From Verrucomicrobia bacterium UBA3869 (GTDB lineage Bacteria; Verrucomicrobiota; Verrucomicrobiia; Opitutales; UBA9783): DNA of 32,000 nucleotides. The stretch covers positions 31,227 to 63,226 of the forward strand of contig DGGR01000041.1 of assembly GCA_002392285.1 (NCBI GenBank), read 5' to 3'. The stretch's first letter is position 1. Every line of letters begins with the position of its first letter. This document shows positions 1 to 8,651 of this stretch, piece after piece. The notes under the pieces were generated by a model. The model saw only the letters and a program-made list of their open reading frames with translations, had not been told where the DNA came from and made no database searches. A program made the translations under genes and the position numbers.

Positions 1-65
1 TCAAATCTCTATCAATCACTCCAGCTAAAAAACAATTCGGGGTTCCTCAAAAATTCCTTAGGCAA

Positions 66-431
66 TTAGCTGATCACCGCCATTGCTAACGCGTATGTTT
101 TGCAATGGGACAAGGAAATATGCACCTGGGTAGCCCCACACCGCTTCAAAAGCGCTTGCCCCCGCTCGTCCAAACGTACATAGGGCATTCCATTGGGCTG
201 ATGTAACACCTCAATCGATAACCACCCCAGCTGTTGACAAAAACCTGTTGTTAAAGCCTTAGCCACCGCTTCCTTGGCTGCAAAACAAGCCGCAAATGAA
301 GCACACGTGGGTTTGCCATAACAGTAATTCCATTCGCTTGGCGTAAATATAAAACGGCATAATGATTTATCGTACCGCTCCAATAACCGTTGTACGCGGC
401 TAATTTCAACGATATCCGTTCCTATATACAT
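66..431 (-). CDS. acpS: holo-[acyl-carrier-protein] synthase (4'-phosphopantetheinyl transferase)
   Basis: The ORF is 66..440. The N-terminus (MYIGTDIVEISR), the KEAVAKA motif and the C-terminal HISLSH are typical of AcpS, as is the ~120 aa size. I prefer the ATG at 429-431 over the TTG at 438-440, which would overlap the prfB stop. Confidence 0.9.
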   Translation of the reverse strand: MYIGTDIVEISRVQRLLERYDKSLCRFIFTPSEWNYCYGKPTCASFAACFAAKEAVAKALTTGFCQQLGWLSIEVLHQPNGMPYVRLDERGQALLKRCGATQVHISLSHCKTYALAMAVIS

Positions 432-436
432 AGCGT

Positions 437-1576
437 TCAATTTTGAATGCGGGTTCTAGGCTTTCCGGCACGCAACCAAGCTTCAATAAACCGATCGATA
501 TCCCCATCCATCACGGCTTGCACATTACTCGTTTCTACATTGGTACGCAGATCCTTAACCATCTGATACGGCTGAAATACATAGCTTCGGATTTGATACC
601 CCCAACCAATTTCACCTTTTTCCCCATAAAAACGCTCTAACGATGAACGTTTTTCATCCTGCATCCGTTCATACAAACGGGCTTTAAGAACCGCCATCGC
701 TGCTTCACGGTTTTTAATCTGCGAGCGTTCGTTTTGGCAGGTAACCACAATACCGGTTGGGAAATGCGTAATGCGCACTGCCGATTCTGTTTTATTAACA
801 TGCTGTCCACCCGCGCCGCTCGAACGATAGACATCAATCCGTATATCCTTATCCACAATCGGGACCTCAATATCCTCTTTAAGTTCTGCCACCACATCCA
901 CCGCACAAAACGACGTATGGCGTTTACGGTTGGCATCAAATGGGCTAATGCGCACCAGACGATGTACCCCTCGCTCGGCTTTTAAATTGCCGTAGGCATA
1001 TAAACCTTCAACCCGAAAGGTTACGCTGCTAATACCTGCCTCATCACCGTTTTGCATTGCTTGCAGGGTTAAGGTAAAACCTTTGCGCTCCACCCAACGG
1101 GTATACATCCGCAACACCATTTGTGCCCAATCGCATGCCTCGGTACCTCCTGCACCCGCGTGAATGGTTACAATCGCATTATTGGCATCCATGGGGTCGG
1201 ATAAGAATGCCTGAAGCTCCATGCTATCCAAAAGTTTTTGGGTGGTTTCAATCGTTTGATTCAATTCCGTCAACCACGTGTTGATTTCGTCATCCGATAA
1301 GGGCTCCTTGCACAACGTTAAAATTTCCTGAGCGTTGCCCACCAACTGATACGCTTGATCCAATTGCGCCAACGCACGCGTTAAATCTTTGCTTTCGCGC
1401 TGTAGGGATTGAGCAAGCTCCAAATTACCTTCTTGCCATAAGCGATCGTCCGTCAATTGTTTTTGGATCGCCTGCAAGCGCTCCTTCTTCTCTTTGTGCT
1501 TCAAAAAGCTGGCGATTTGCTCCAAGCGATGCGCAAGCGTTTCAACGGCATTGACTGTAGTAATATCCACCGTCAT
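437..1576 (-). CDS. prfB: peptide chain release factor 2, encoded in one uninterrupted frame
   Basis: 379 aa with the RF2-specific SPF tripeptide (RISPFDA) and the GGQ motif (SGAGGQHVNKTESAVRITH). The N-terminal coiled-coil region is in frame with the rest of the protein. Confidence 0.95.
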   Translation of the reverse strand: MTVDITTVNAVETLAHRLEQIASFLKHKEKKERLQAIQKQLTDDRLWQEGNLELAQSLQRESKDLTRALAQLDQAYQLVGNAQEILTLCKEPLSDDEINTWLTELNQTIETTQKLLDSMELQAFLSDPMDANNAIVTIHAGAGGTEACDWAQMVLRMYTRWVERKGFTLTLQAMQNGDEAGISSVTFRVEGLYAYGNLKAERGVHRLVRISPFDANRKRHTSFCAVDVVAELKEDIEVPIVDKDIRIDVYRSSGAGGQHVNKTESAVRITHFPTGIVVTCQNERSQIKNREAAMAVLKARLYERMQDEKRSSLERFYGEKGEIGWGYQIRSYVFQPYQMVKDLRTNVETSNVQAVMDGDIDRFIEAWLRAGKPRTRIQN

Positions 1577-1614
1577 ACGTAGGTACCCTAACGTTTTACT
1601 TGCATAAACGCAAG

Positions 1615-2109
1615 TTATGAACCCTCATCCAGCAAAATCGTACTGACCAATCCGGTTGCTCCTGTTTTATGGTAAGCCTCCTTAGATGCCTTAATAAACC
1701 CATCCGATTCAGGTACCGGAATGGCTTTAACCCGCCGGCAATGATAGGGGTACATGGGGTTATCTTCGCACCCTAATTCAGGCTTGGGAGCATCCGGTAA
1801 CACGCTCATCAATAAATCATCCATATGGCGCTCAGCTTTCCACAAGCGCCGTTCAAAATACCGCACGAGCAACGGCTTACCTTGGAAAGGCGTCTGCGAA
1901 TAACAGGAAAAGTTATAATCCGTATGGATATAATCGGCGCGGTCATCGCTAATCGCAGCGGTACCTGCATCCATAGCGGTTAACGATAAGAACGACTGTC
2001 GGGATTCAGGAAACAACAACAGGGGACGATCTGCCTTAAAGGGCAAATCGAACCAACACCGCAGGGCACAAAACCCTACCACTAAACAAAAACCCACTGC
2101 TACTCGCAT
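1615..2109 (-). CDS. hypothetical exported or membrane-anchored protein, 164 aa, no family recognised
   Basis: An ATG start with a hydrophobic N-terminus (MRVAVGFCLVVGFCALRCW). It overlaps the upstream TolR-like gene by 10 nt and is co-directional with it. The mature part contains three Cys residues. I recognise no motif. Confidence 0.6.
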   Translation of the reverse strand: MRVAVGFCLVVGFCALRCWFDLPFKADRPLLLFPESRQSFLSLTAMDAGTAAISDDRADYIHTDYNFSCYSQTPFQGKPLLVRYFERRLWKAERHMDDLLMSVLPDAPKPELGCEDNPMYPYHCRRVKAIPVPESDGFIKASKEAYHKTGATGLVSTILLDEGS

Positions 2110-2549
2110 GATGCATTAACCGCTAACTGAACCGATGTCCATCCGTGGGTTTTAGCAAAGGATGTTAGCTCCAACACCTTGCTCAGCGGCACCTGCCCAT
2201 CCGCTTTCAACAACAGCGTCCCATCGCTTTCCGGAATCGCGCGAAACACTTGTTCCAATTGCGTAAAATCATACAGACGATGATTAAAGAAGATACGCAG
2301 ATCTGCATCGATCGTAATGCTTTCGCGAAATGGCCGTGCATATTGGTAACTCATGGATTGCGCTACTGCCGGAACAGCCACGGGAAATCCGGGAGGACAG
2401 AGCCAATGCGAGCTCAACAACACAAGCCCTAAGGCCAATGTTAGCACATTAACATACGGAATCCATTGCCAACCCCGCGCATTGATGGTTTCAGCACGCT
2501 CCCAATGGGCCACCAACTCAAGCGGTTCCAACGTACTAATGCTTTTCAT
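2100..2549 (-). CDS. ExbD/TolR-family biopolymer transport protein (divergent: Asn at the conserved transmembrane Asp position)
   Basis: 149 aa with a single N-terminal TM helix (IPYVNVLTLALGLVLL) followed by a periplasmic domain that aligns by eye with ExbD/TolR (ITIDADLRIFFN...LLLKADGQVPLSKVLELTSFAKTHGW). There is an ATGA overlap with the upstream TolQ-like gene. Confidence 0.8.
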   Translation of the reverse strand: MKSISTLEPLELVAHWERAETINARGWQWIPYVNVLTLALGLVLLSSHWLCPPGFPVAVPAVAQSMSYQYARPFRESITIDADLRIFFNHRLYDFTQLEQVFRAIPESDGTLLLKADGQVPLSKVLELTSFAKTHGWTSVQLAVNASCE

Positions 2550-3205
2550 GACTCCTTAACGTTCGGATTCAATGGCTCGCTGGGGTTATCAAAACGCAAC
2601 GGGGTTTGTTGAAAAAACACCACCCATTCGTTCGCTACCCATTCCAAATCAAACACCACTCTTCGTGCACGCGAATTTAAAAAATAATAACCTACTGCCA
2701 ACAGCAGCATTTCAATAAGTCCCAAAAACGTAACTGAGCAGGCGGATACAATGTAAGGCGAAAATGTGGTTAATTGCGTATACGCTTGAACGCTGCCCAT
2801 CATCCAAAACCCCTTAAGGAGAAAAAAAACCGTACCGATTAATCCAATCATTGGAGCAATAGCGCTCAACAGTCGCACAGATTCAATCCGCTTGCGCAAA
2901 AGCGGCAGTTCAACCAAAGCACTTTGTTGCAAAATCAAGCGCAATACCATCGCAGGTTGTTGGTGATTTAACAGCGCCCCTTTGGTTAGCCGCGCCACAG
3001 CCCCTTGGGTATGTTCGCACAGGGTTAGCGCTTCCATAAAACGCCCCTTAATCAGCAGCCCTTTAATGCCATCCACAAAGCCTCTTGAGGATAAAGCGGT
3101 TTTGTTAAGGAAGCTTAAACGCTCTACAAAAAACAAAGCCCCTAACAACCCAATAATACCCAATGGGCATAAAAACCAACCGATTGTTTTACAGATTTCA
3201 ACCAT
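2546..3205 (-). CDS. MotA/TolQ/ExbB-family proton-channel protein (divergent)
   Basis: 219 aa with three predicted TM segments. It has the family motif APMIGLIGTV in TM2 and a TM3 segment (SACSVTFLGL) that aligns with EALIATAIGL of TolQ/ExbB. Confidence 0.8.
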   Translation of the reverse strand: MVEICKTIGWFLCPLGIIGLLGALFFVERLSFLNKTALSSRGFVDGIKGLLIKGRFMEALTLCEHTQGAVARLTKGALLNHQQPAMVLRLILQQSALVELPLLRKRIESVRLLSAIAPMIGLIGTVFFLLKGFWMMGSVQAYTQLTTFSPYIVSACSVTFLGLIEMLLLAVGYYFLNSRARRVVFDLEWVANEWVVFFQQTPLRFDNPSEPLNPNVKES

Positions 3206-3208
3206 GCA

Positions 3209-4249
3209 CTAGTTGGCAGCAGGTTTTTCACTCGGAATATATTGCGCTTTCCCGAACAATTTATCAGCCCAATTGGTTGGAATCGGCTTCCCATCACGAA
3301 TGAACTGAATACGTTCTTGTGCTAATTCGGTACTATCCGAAGCCGGAGTAAACCGTCTGGCTTCTTCGTAGAAAATCATCGCTCCATCAGGATAATGGCG
3401 GCGGAACAAGAAGAAATCACCCATGACTACGCGGCTACCTGTATGGTAATTATAGGCTGTTTTTAAGCCATTTTTAGCGCGCTCCGTTAAGTCAGCTAAA
3501 TCGCTACGGTTACCAAATAATACCAAGAAATCCTTATAAGCGTTGATGGCTTTTCGGGTCATTCCCTGATCCTGCGCGGGACCATTAACAAACGCTAAAT
3601 ACAAATCGCCTTGAAACACATAGGCTTTCGGGGCCCATGGGCTTTCGGGATAACGATCAATCAACTGATCCAACGCCTGAATAGCCTTTGCTTTTTCATT
3701 ATCGATTTGGTGCATTTCTGCAATGTAATAAAGGGCTTTTGGTGCTTTTTCGGTACGTGGAGCCCGTTCAATGATATGATTGAAGCTTTCAATAACCTTT
3801 TTGGGATCTTGGAAAAAGGCTGTAAAGCGCGAAGAAGTACGTTTCTTGGTTTTATACTCATCGCATAGCTGACACGCTACCTCAAACTCATCATCCATAA
3901 CCTCCCCATAACGGTCATACGCAGGAAAATTTTTGGTTACAAATTTGAATTTATTAAAAGCCTCTTGTTTTCGATCCATACGCAACAGCAATTTCCCCCA
4001 TGAATAATGGGCTTCTGCTGCTGCCTCTGTCCCTAAATACGATTTGGCAATGGTCTTGTAAATTTTTTCAGCACCTTTGTCGTTGCCCGCTTTCTCTAAC
4101 TGCAATGCCTGCTCTAATAAATCTTGTGCTTCTGCTTCCTGTTGATCGTTGTAGGCTACAATTTGCTGCGGGGGTATATCGTTTTTAACGGTTTTACATC
4201 CGCCTAAAACCAACAATGCAATTGGGATGAAATACAATCCTTTGCTCAT
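3209..4249 (-). CDS. TPR-repeat outer-membrane lipoprotein, BamD/YfiO-like (a CpoB-like role is not excluded)
   Basis: I trimmed the start to the ATG at 4247-4249, which gives MSKGLYFIPIALLVLGGCKT with a lipobox (LGGC). The longer track ORF to 4408 overlaps fabH. Repeated TPR-like helices and the DRYPESPWAPKA motif are typical of BamD-type proteins. Confidence 0.6.
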   Translation of the reverse strand: MSKGLYFIPIALLVLGGCKTVKNDIPPQQIVAYNDQQEAEAQDLLEQALQLEKAGNDKGAEKIYKTIAKSYLGTEAAAEAHYSWGKLLLRMDRKQEAFNKFKFVTKNFPAYDRYGEVMDDEFEVACQLCDEYKTKKRTSSRFTAFFQDPKKVIESFNHIIERAPRTEKAPKALYYIAEMHQIDNEKAKAIQALDQLIDRYPESPWAPKAYVFQGDLYLAFVNGPAQDQGMTRKAINAYKDFLVLFGNRSDLADLTERAKNGLKTAYNYHTGSRVVMGDFFLFRRHYPDGAMIFYEEARRFTPASDSTELAQERIQFIRDGKPIPTNWADKLFGKAQYIPSEKPAAN

Positions 4250-4251
4250 AG

Positions 4252-5235
4252 TTAGTACTGTATTAAACTTGCGCCCCAAGTCAACCCTCCTCCAAAAGCA
4301 ACCAATAAAATGCGTTCGCCTGGGTGAAAACGTCCTGCCGCTTCTGCTTGTGCCAACGCCACTGGGATGGAAGCCGCCGAGGTATTGCCGGTTTGATCGA
4401 TGTTGCAAATCATCCGATCCATCGGGAATCCCAATTCATCCGCCAACGCTTGAATAATGCGTAAATTGGCCTGATGGGGCACTATCCATTGTATATCCGC
4501 TATCGTTAACTTCTGGCGTTCTAACACCCCCCGCACGGCTTCCATCATTCGACGAACCGCTACCTTAAAGACTTCGCGTCCATTCATAGACACAAAATGC
4601 AAATGATTAGCCACGGTTGTTGCGGTAGCCGGTTGTAAAGAACCGCCTGCGGGTATGCACAACCAATCGGGATTGGAGCCATCAGCTCCCAAAAATCCAT
4701 CTACCACACAGTGCGCATTCGTATCCGATTGACCCAATACGCAGGCACCAGCCCCATCTCCAAACAACACACAGGTATTACGATCCTTCCAATTAACAAT
4801 GGCGGATAGTTTGTCGCTTCCAATCACCAAGGCGTAGCGATACACCCCGTTGGTTAAAAAATGGCGTGCAACATCCAATGCATAGACAAAACCAGAACAG
4901 GCGGCGTTGATATCAAAAGCCATAATCGTACGTAATCCCAATTTCGCCTGCAATATAGCTGCAGTGGATGGGAATTGCATATCCGACGTAACCGTTGCAA
5001 CAATCAACAAATCAATCGCTTCTGGTGCAATGTTAGCATTAGTTAACGCTTGCTTAGCGGCCTGTAATGCTAAATCGGAACATGCTTCATTGTTAGCCGC
5101 AATGTGGCGTTGAACAATACCAGTACGGGTACGAATCCATTCGTCTGAAGTATCAACACACTTTGACAAATCATCGTTGGTTACCACCTTTTTCGGTAGA
5201 TAGTAACCCATCCCCATGATACGAACAAACGTCAT
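4252..5235 (-). CDS. fabH: 3-oxoacyl-ACP synthase III
   Basis: 327 aa. The N-terminus (RIMGMGYYLPKKVVTNDDL), the active-site Cys context (NAACSGFVYAL), HQAN and GNTSAASIP are canonical FabH motifs. Confidence 0.95.
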   Translation of the reverse strand: MTFVRIMGMGYYLPKKVVTNDDLSKCVDTSDEWIRTRTGIVQRHIAANNEACSDLALQAAKQALTNANIAPEAIDLLIVATVTSDMQFPSTAAILQAKLGLRTIMAFDINAACSGFVYALDVARHFLTNGVYRYALVIGSDKLSAIVNWKDRNTCVLFGDGAGACVLGQSDTNAHCVVDGFLGADGSNPDWLCIPAGGSLQPATATTVANHLHFVSMNGREVFKVAVRRMMEAVRGVLERQKLTIADIQWIVPHQANLRIIQALADELGFPMDRMICNIDQTGNTSAASIPVALAQAEAAGRFHPGERILLVAFGGGLTWGASLIQY

Positions 5236-6314
5236 TATGACCGTACTCCTTCACTTGCTAACAATACCGCATTAGCATAAGCCACATCCGACTTAACCGT
5301 TTGCACATTAAACACTTCAATGCACTTAAGGCATACTTGAATGCAACCCGCAATCGCTTCTGCTTTACTTGAACCGTGCGCTTTAAACACCCAGCCATTG
5401 AGGCCCAATAAGGGAGCACCGCTGAACTGTTCTGGAGCCAATTTCCGTTTCATCTCCTTAAACACCCCCTTACATAATAACGCACCCAATTTACGGATCG
5501 GATACCGTTGAAATTCCCGCTTCAAAAAGCCCCTTAAGCATCCAAATAACGACTCGCAGCTTTTGAGCAAAATATTGCCGACAAAACCGTCACAAACCAC
5601 CACATCCACCCCGTTTGAAAACAGGTCAAATCCTTCTACCAACCCGATGTAATGGATACGGTCGGTGCACTGTTTCAGAACCGCATGAGCCGCTTGAATG
5701 GAGGTGGTTCCTTTACCTTCTTCCTTTCCAATAGTTAACAGTCCTACTCGAGGTTTTTCGCAATGTAAAACGGCTTTTGCAAAGTGTGCCCCCAAAATGG
5801 CATTATGTACTAAATAATGCGCATCGTTAGCTGGGTTTGCTCCTACATCTACTAAGATAAAAGGATCGGTGCTGGTAGGAATAATACTCGCTAAGGCAGG
5901 GCGTATCACACCCTCGATGGTTTTGAGCTTCAATGTACTTCCGGCCATTAACCCACCGGTGTTGCCGCAGCTAATCACAGCATCTGCTTTCCCCTGCGTT
6001 ATCAAATCAATCGTTTTAAAAACCGATGCTTCTTTTTTATGGCGCAATCCGTCCAATGGATGATCGTCCATCTTCAACACTTCAGGGGTGTGGCATAGCG
6101 TAATATTTTTGGCACGATCCAACCCATTTTGTTGCATCAATGGCTGAACAATGGCTTCATCCCCAACCAACGTAAGCGACCCAATACGATGCCCTACGGA
6201 TGCTAAGGCTAGGCTTACCCCCTTAATCAGTTGTTCTGGGCCATAATCCGAACCCATAACATCCACCCCAATGCGCGGCAATGCCAGCGTGGGGCACTGT
6301 GAATCATTAGACAT
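5235..6314 (-). CDS. plsX: phosphate acyltransferase PlsX
   Basis: Contains the motifs GVDVMGSDYGP, CGNTGG and VVVCDGFVGN. I trimmed the start to the ATG at 6312-6314, because the longer track ORF would overlap rpmF. It shares 1 nt with the fabH start. Confidence 0.9.
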   Translation of the reverse strand: MSNDSQCPTLALPRIGVDVMGSDYGPEQLIKGVSLALASVGHRIGSLTLVGDEAIVQPLMQQNGLDRAKNITLCHTPEVLKMDDHPLDGLRHKKEASVFKTIDLITQGKADAVISCGNTGGLMAGSTLKLKTIEGVIRPALASIIPTSTDPFILVDVGANPANDAHYLVHNAILGAHFAKAVLHCEKPRVGLLTIGKEEGKGTTSIQAAHAVLKQCTDRIHYIGLVEGFDLFSNGVDVVVCDGFVGNILLKSCESLFGCLRGFLKREFQRYPIRKLGALLCKGVFKEMKRKLAPEQFSGAPLLGLNGWVFKAHGSSKAEAIAGCIQVCLKCIEVFNVQTVKSDVAYANAVLLASEGVRS

Positions 6315-6322
6315 GCAGCGGA

Positions 6323-6523
6323 TTACAAAGTAACATCCAACACCTGACGTCCACGGTACATGCCGGTGTCCGGATTGACATGATGACTTTTTACCCAAGA
6401 ACCATCCGTTGGATCTTGAACCAGATTGGGCTGCGAATACCCTAATCGCCGCGCTGTAGAACTATTAGCTCCACGTCGTAAAGCGCTACGTCTTTTGGAT
6501 TGTTTTCTTTTTGGCTGTCCCAT
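6323..6523 (-). CDS. rpmF: 50S ribosomal protein L32 (form without Cys)
   Basis: 66 aa with a basic N-terminus (MGQPKRKQSKRRSALRR) and a YRGRQV motif. It sits in the conserved position upstream of plsX-fabH. Confidence 0.85.
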   Translation of the reverse strand: MGQPKRKQSKRRSALRRGANSSTARRLGYSQPNLVQDPTDGSWVKSHHVNPDTGMYRGRQVLDVTL

Positions 6524-6604
6524 AGTAAATACTGTTTATCAATTTTTTATAAAGCAAACATTCCTAACGATTGATGTCAATGACGAACCTTATCAACCAT
6601 CCCA

Positions 6605-7966
6605 CTACGCTTGTTGCGTCTTCGCGTATCGCCGCTTTTGGATCCAAATAGACAGTGCTAACCCAATAGCCATTAACGGAGGATAAAATTCGCAGCGCAT
6701 AATATCCACTGCGCTTAAATGGGCTGTCGTAGATAAACTGGTAGCAATCAACACTTGCGCGCCATAAGGAATCATGCCCTGAACTACGCACGATGTAATG
6801 TCCATCAAACTAGCAATACGCTTTGGATCTACCTTGTAACATAACCCCAGTTCTTTTGCCAAAGGCCCTGCAGTAAGAATCGCAATCGTATTGTTGGCTG
6901 TGAATAAATTGATAATACCGGTCAGGCAACAAATCCCCAATTCGCAGGTATATCGATTGTTAATCAACCGACCGGCTGCCTGAATTAAATACGCAATGCC
7001 TCCGTTATACCGAATCAGCACCATCAAACCGCCGGACAATAAGGCAACAATCAAGGTTGGGGCCATTTCCACAGTACCATTGCCAATAATGCTAAATGCA
7101 TCAAAAATATTAAAGCTCTGATACCAAAGCCCAATGCCTATATTGAGGGCGATACCAAACAACAACAACAACAAGACATTAACGCCCGCAACCCCTAGGA
7201 TTAACAAGAGGACATAAGGCATTACCTTAATCCCATCGGTAAGCGTCACAGCAACCCCATCAGACGCTACCCTTGGCGCAGCAAATAGGGGTAACGCATA
7301 CAACAGGATGCAAAGCAAGGCTGGCACCCAAACAATTTTGATATTACACAGCATCTTATCGCGCATTTCGACCCCTTGGGAGCGGGTGGCAGCAATCGTG
7401 GTATCCGATACCAACGATAAATTGTCGCCAAACATAGAACCTCCAACAATAGCACCGGTAATAACAGCTGGATTTAACCCCAAGGTGGTCGCCAACGAAA
7501 TTCCTATAGGGACCAAGGTTGCAATGGTTCCGCATGAGGTTCCCATGGCCAAAGCGATAAAGCAGGCCACCATAAACATTCCGGGGAGCAAAAAGGCATC
7601 CGGAACCAACGCGCGTGCAATCGTTACTGATGCATCGACCCCGCCGACCGCCTTAGCAATTTCCGTAAATGCTCCAGCTAGGATAAAGATGAGGCACATG
7701 ATCATGATGTCTTGATGCCCCATGCCTAACGCAAACAGTTCAATTTTCCGTTGCAGCTTTTCTTTGCGGTTCAACATCAATGCGGTTGCAGACGAAATTA
7801 AAAACGCAATGGTCATGGGCACCTTGTAAAAATCGCGTGTTATCAATGCAAAACCGAAATAAAAGGCAACAAATACACCAAACGGCAACAAAGCCTTACG
7901 GCGTGGAGGGCACCAAGGGTCCAACAATGCATCTAACCGAGGATCTTTACGGTTTGATAAGTTCAT
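6605..7966 (-). CDS. nhaC: Na+/H+ antiporter, NhaC family
   Basis: A polytopic membrane protein of roughly 450-466 aa whose overall pattern fits the NhaC family. The track ORF starts at a TTG at 8005. I list the first ATG (7964-7966), but the start is uncertain. Confidence 0.75.
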   Translation of the reverse strand: MNLSNRKDPRLDALLDPWCPPRRKALLPFGVFVAFYFGFALITRDFYKVPMTIAFLISSATALMLNRKEKLQRKIELFALGMGHQDIMIMCLIFILAGAFTEIAKAVGGVDASVTIARALVPDAFLLPGMFMVACFIALAMGTSCGTIATLVPIGISLATTLGLNPAVITGAIVGGSMFGDNLSLVSDTTIAATRSQGVEMRDKMLCNIKIVWVPALLCILLYALPLFAAPRVASDGVAVTLTDGIKVMPYVLLLILGVAGVNVLLLLLFGIALNIGIGLWYQSFNIFDAFSIIGNGTVEMAPTLIVALLSGGLMVLIRYNGGIAYLIQAAGRLINNRYTCELGICCLTGIINLFTANNTIAILTAGPLAKELGLCYKVDPKRIASLMDITSCVVQGMIPYGAQVLIATSLSTTAHLSAVDIMRCEFYPPLMAIGLALSIWIQKRRYAKTQQA

Positions 7967-8024
7967 ACTATAGGATAATGAAGGCGTATAGCCGTTAAAC
8001 GTCAACCTTGTTAGCCATGAGGGG

Positions 8025-8651
8025 TCAACCCTTCGCTAGCTGCTTAAATACCGCATAATGCCCTTGTTTTCCAGTTACACGCGCAAAAAACGTATCCACG
8101 ATATAAGGCTCAACCTCAACAGGCTGCCAATCGGGATGATCCATAACCGTTTGGCAAACCGACTCGAAGTAATCAACATCGTCGGTTTCAAAATGAATAC
8201 AGGCATCCGGAGTAACTGTACGCGCCAATTGCGATAAAAACGGTGCCTGCAACAAACGGTGCTTATGGTGGCGCTTTTTTGGCCAAGGATCCGGATAAAA
8301 GATGAGCACCTCGGTCCACAACCATTGCTCCGGCAAACAATCCAGCAATTCTTCCGCACGCGCTTTTAAAAACTGGCAATTGGCTAATGCTAAACGTTGC
8401 GCTTTTCGGTTCGATTTACCCACCCGCTGCGTAATAAGATCAATACCCAAGCAAAACCGTTCCGGATAACGTTGCGCATATGATACCAAAAAATCTCCAT
8501 GACCGCTGCCAATTTCTAACGTTTTAAACGCACAATCGGTTCGTAAAACCTCCGCTAGGGTCGCCGACAGTTTTGCTTTGCGCGCATCAACCGACGCAAG
8601 GTACGCTGTATAGCTAGAACTGTAGCTCATGATCGATTTTTCTCTTGACAT
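8025..8651 (-). CDS. trmB: tRNA (guanine46-N7)-methyltransferase
   Basis: Has the SAM-binding motif LEIGSGHGDF and the YPDPWPKKRHHKHRL motif characteristic of TrmB. An alternative start exists at Met8 (8628-8630). The listed ATG is formed by the last unit of the tandem repeat. Confidence 0.9.
   Translation of the reverse strand: MSREKSIMSYSSSYTAYLASVDARKAKLSATLAEVLRTDCAFKTLEIGSGHGDFLVSYAQRYPERFCLGIDLITQRVGKSNRKAQRLALANCQFLKARAEELLDCLPEQWLWTEVLIFYPDPWPKKRHHKHRLLQAPFLSQLARTVTPDACIHFETDDVDYFESVCQTVMDHPDWQPVEVEPYIVDTFFARVTGKQGHYAVFKQLAKG

Noticed and set aside
443-985. Track ORFs inside prfB: 443-640 (+), 637-939 (-, alternative frame) and 734-985 (+).
   Set aside because: They lie entirely within the strongly supported RF2 coding frame and match no recognisable family. 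They are typical shadow ORFs.
1598-1615. A small hairpin, ACTTGC-ATAAAC-GCAAGT, between the 164-aa ORF and prfB.
   Set aside because: The stem is only 6 bp and the transcribed (minus) strand has A residues rather than a U tract after it. It is not a convincing terminator or attenuator.
4250-4408. A 53-codon N-terminal extension of the TPR lipoprotein ORF (MQHRSNRQ...).
   Set aside because: It overlaps the 3' end of fabH. The internal ATG at 4249 gives a textbook lipoprotein signal peptide and lipobox immediately after the fabH stop.
6315-6398. An N-terminal extension of plsX (MGKKSSCQ...).
   Set aside because: It overlaps rpmF. The ATG at 6314 gives an N-terminus consistent with PlsX homologs.
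6524-6604. A possible sigma70 promoter for rpmF, with TTGACA on the minus strand at 6575-6580.
   Set aside because: No acceptable -10 hexamer lies at 16-19 bp spacing. I mention it only as a lead, not as a feature.
7308-7715. A 135-aa plus-strand ORF antisense to nhaC. The same reasoning applies to 31198-31545 (+) antisense to the oxidoreductase gene and to 10129-10410 (+) within mnmG.
   Set aside because: Each lies entirely inside a well-supported gene on the opposite strand and shows no motifs. Long antisense ORFs are common opposite such genes.
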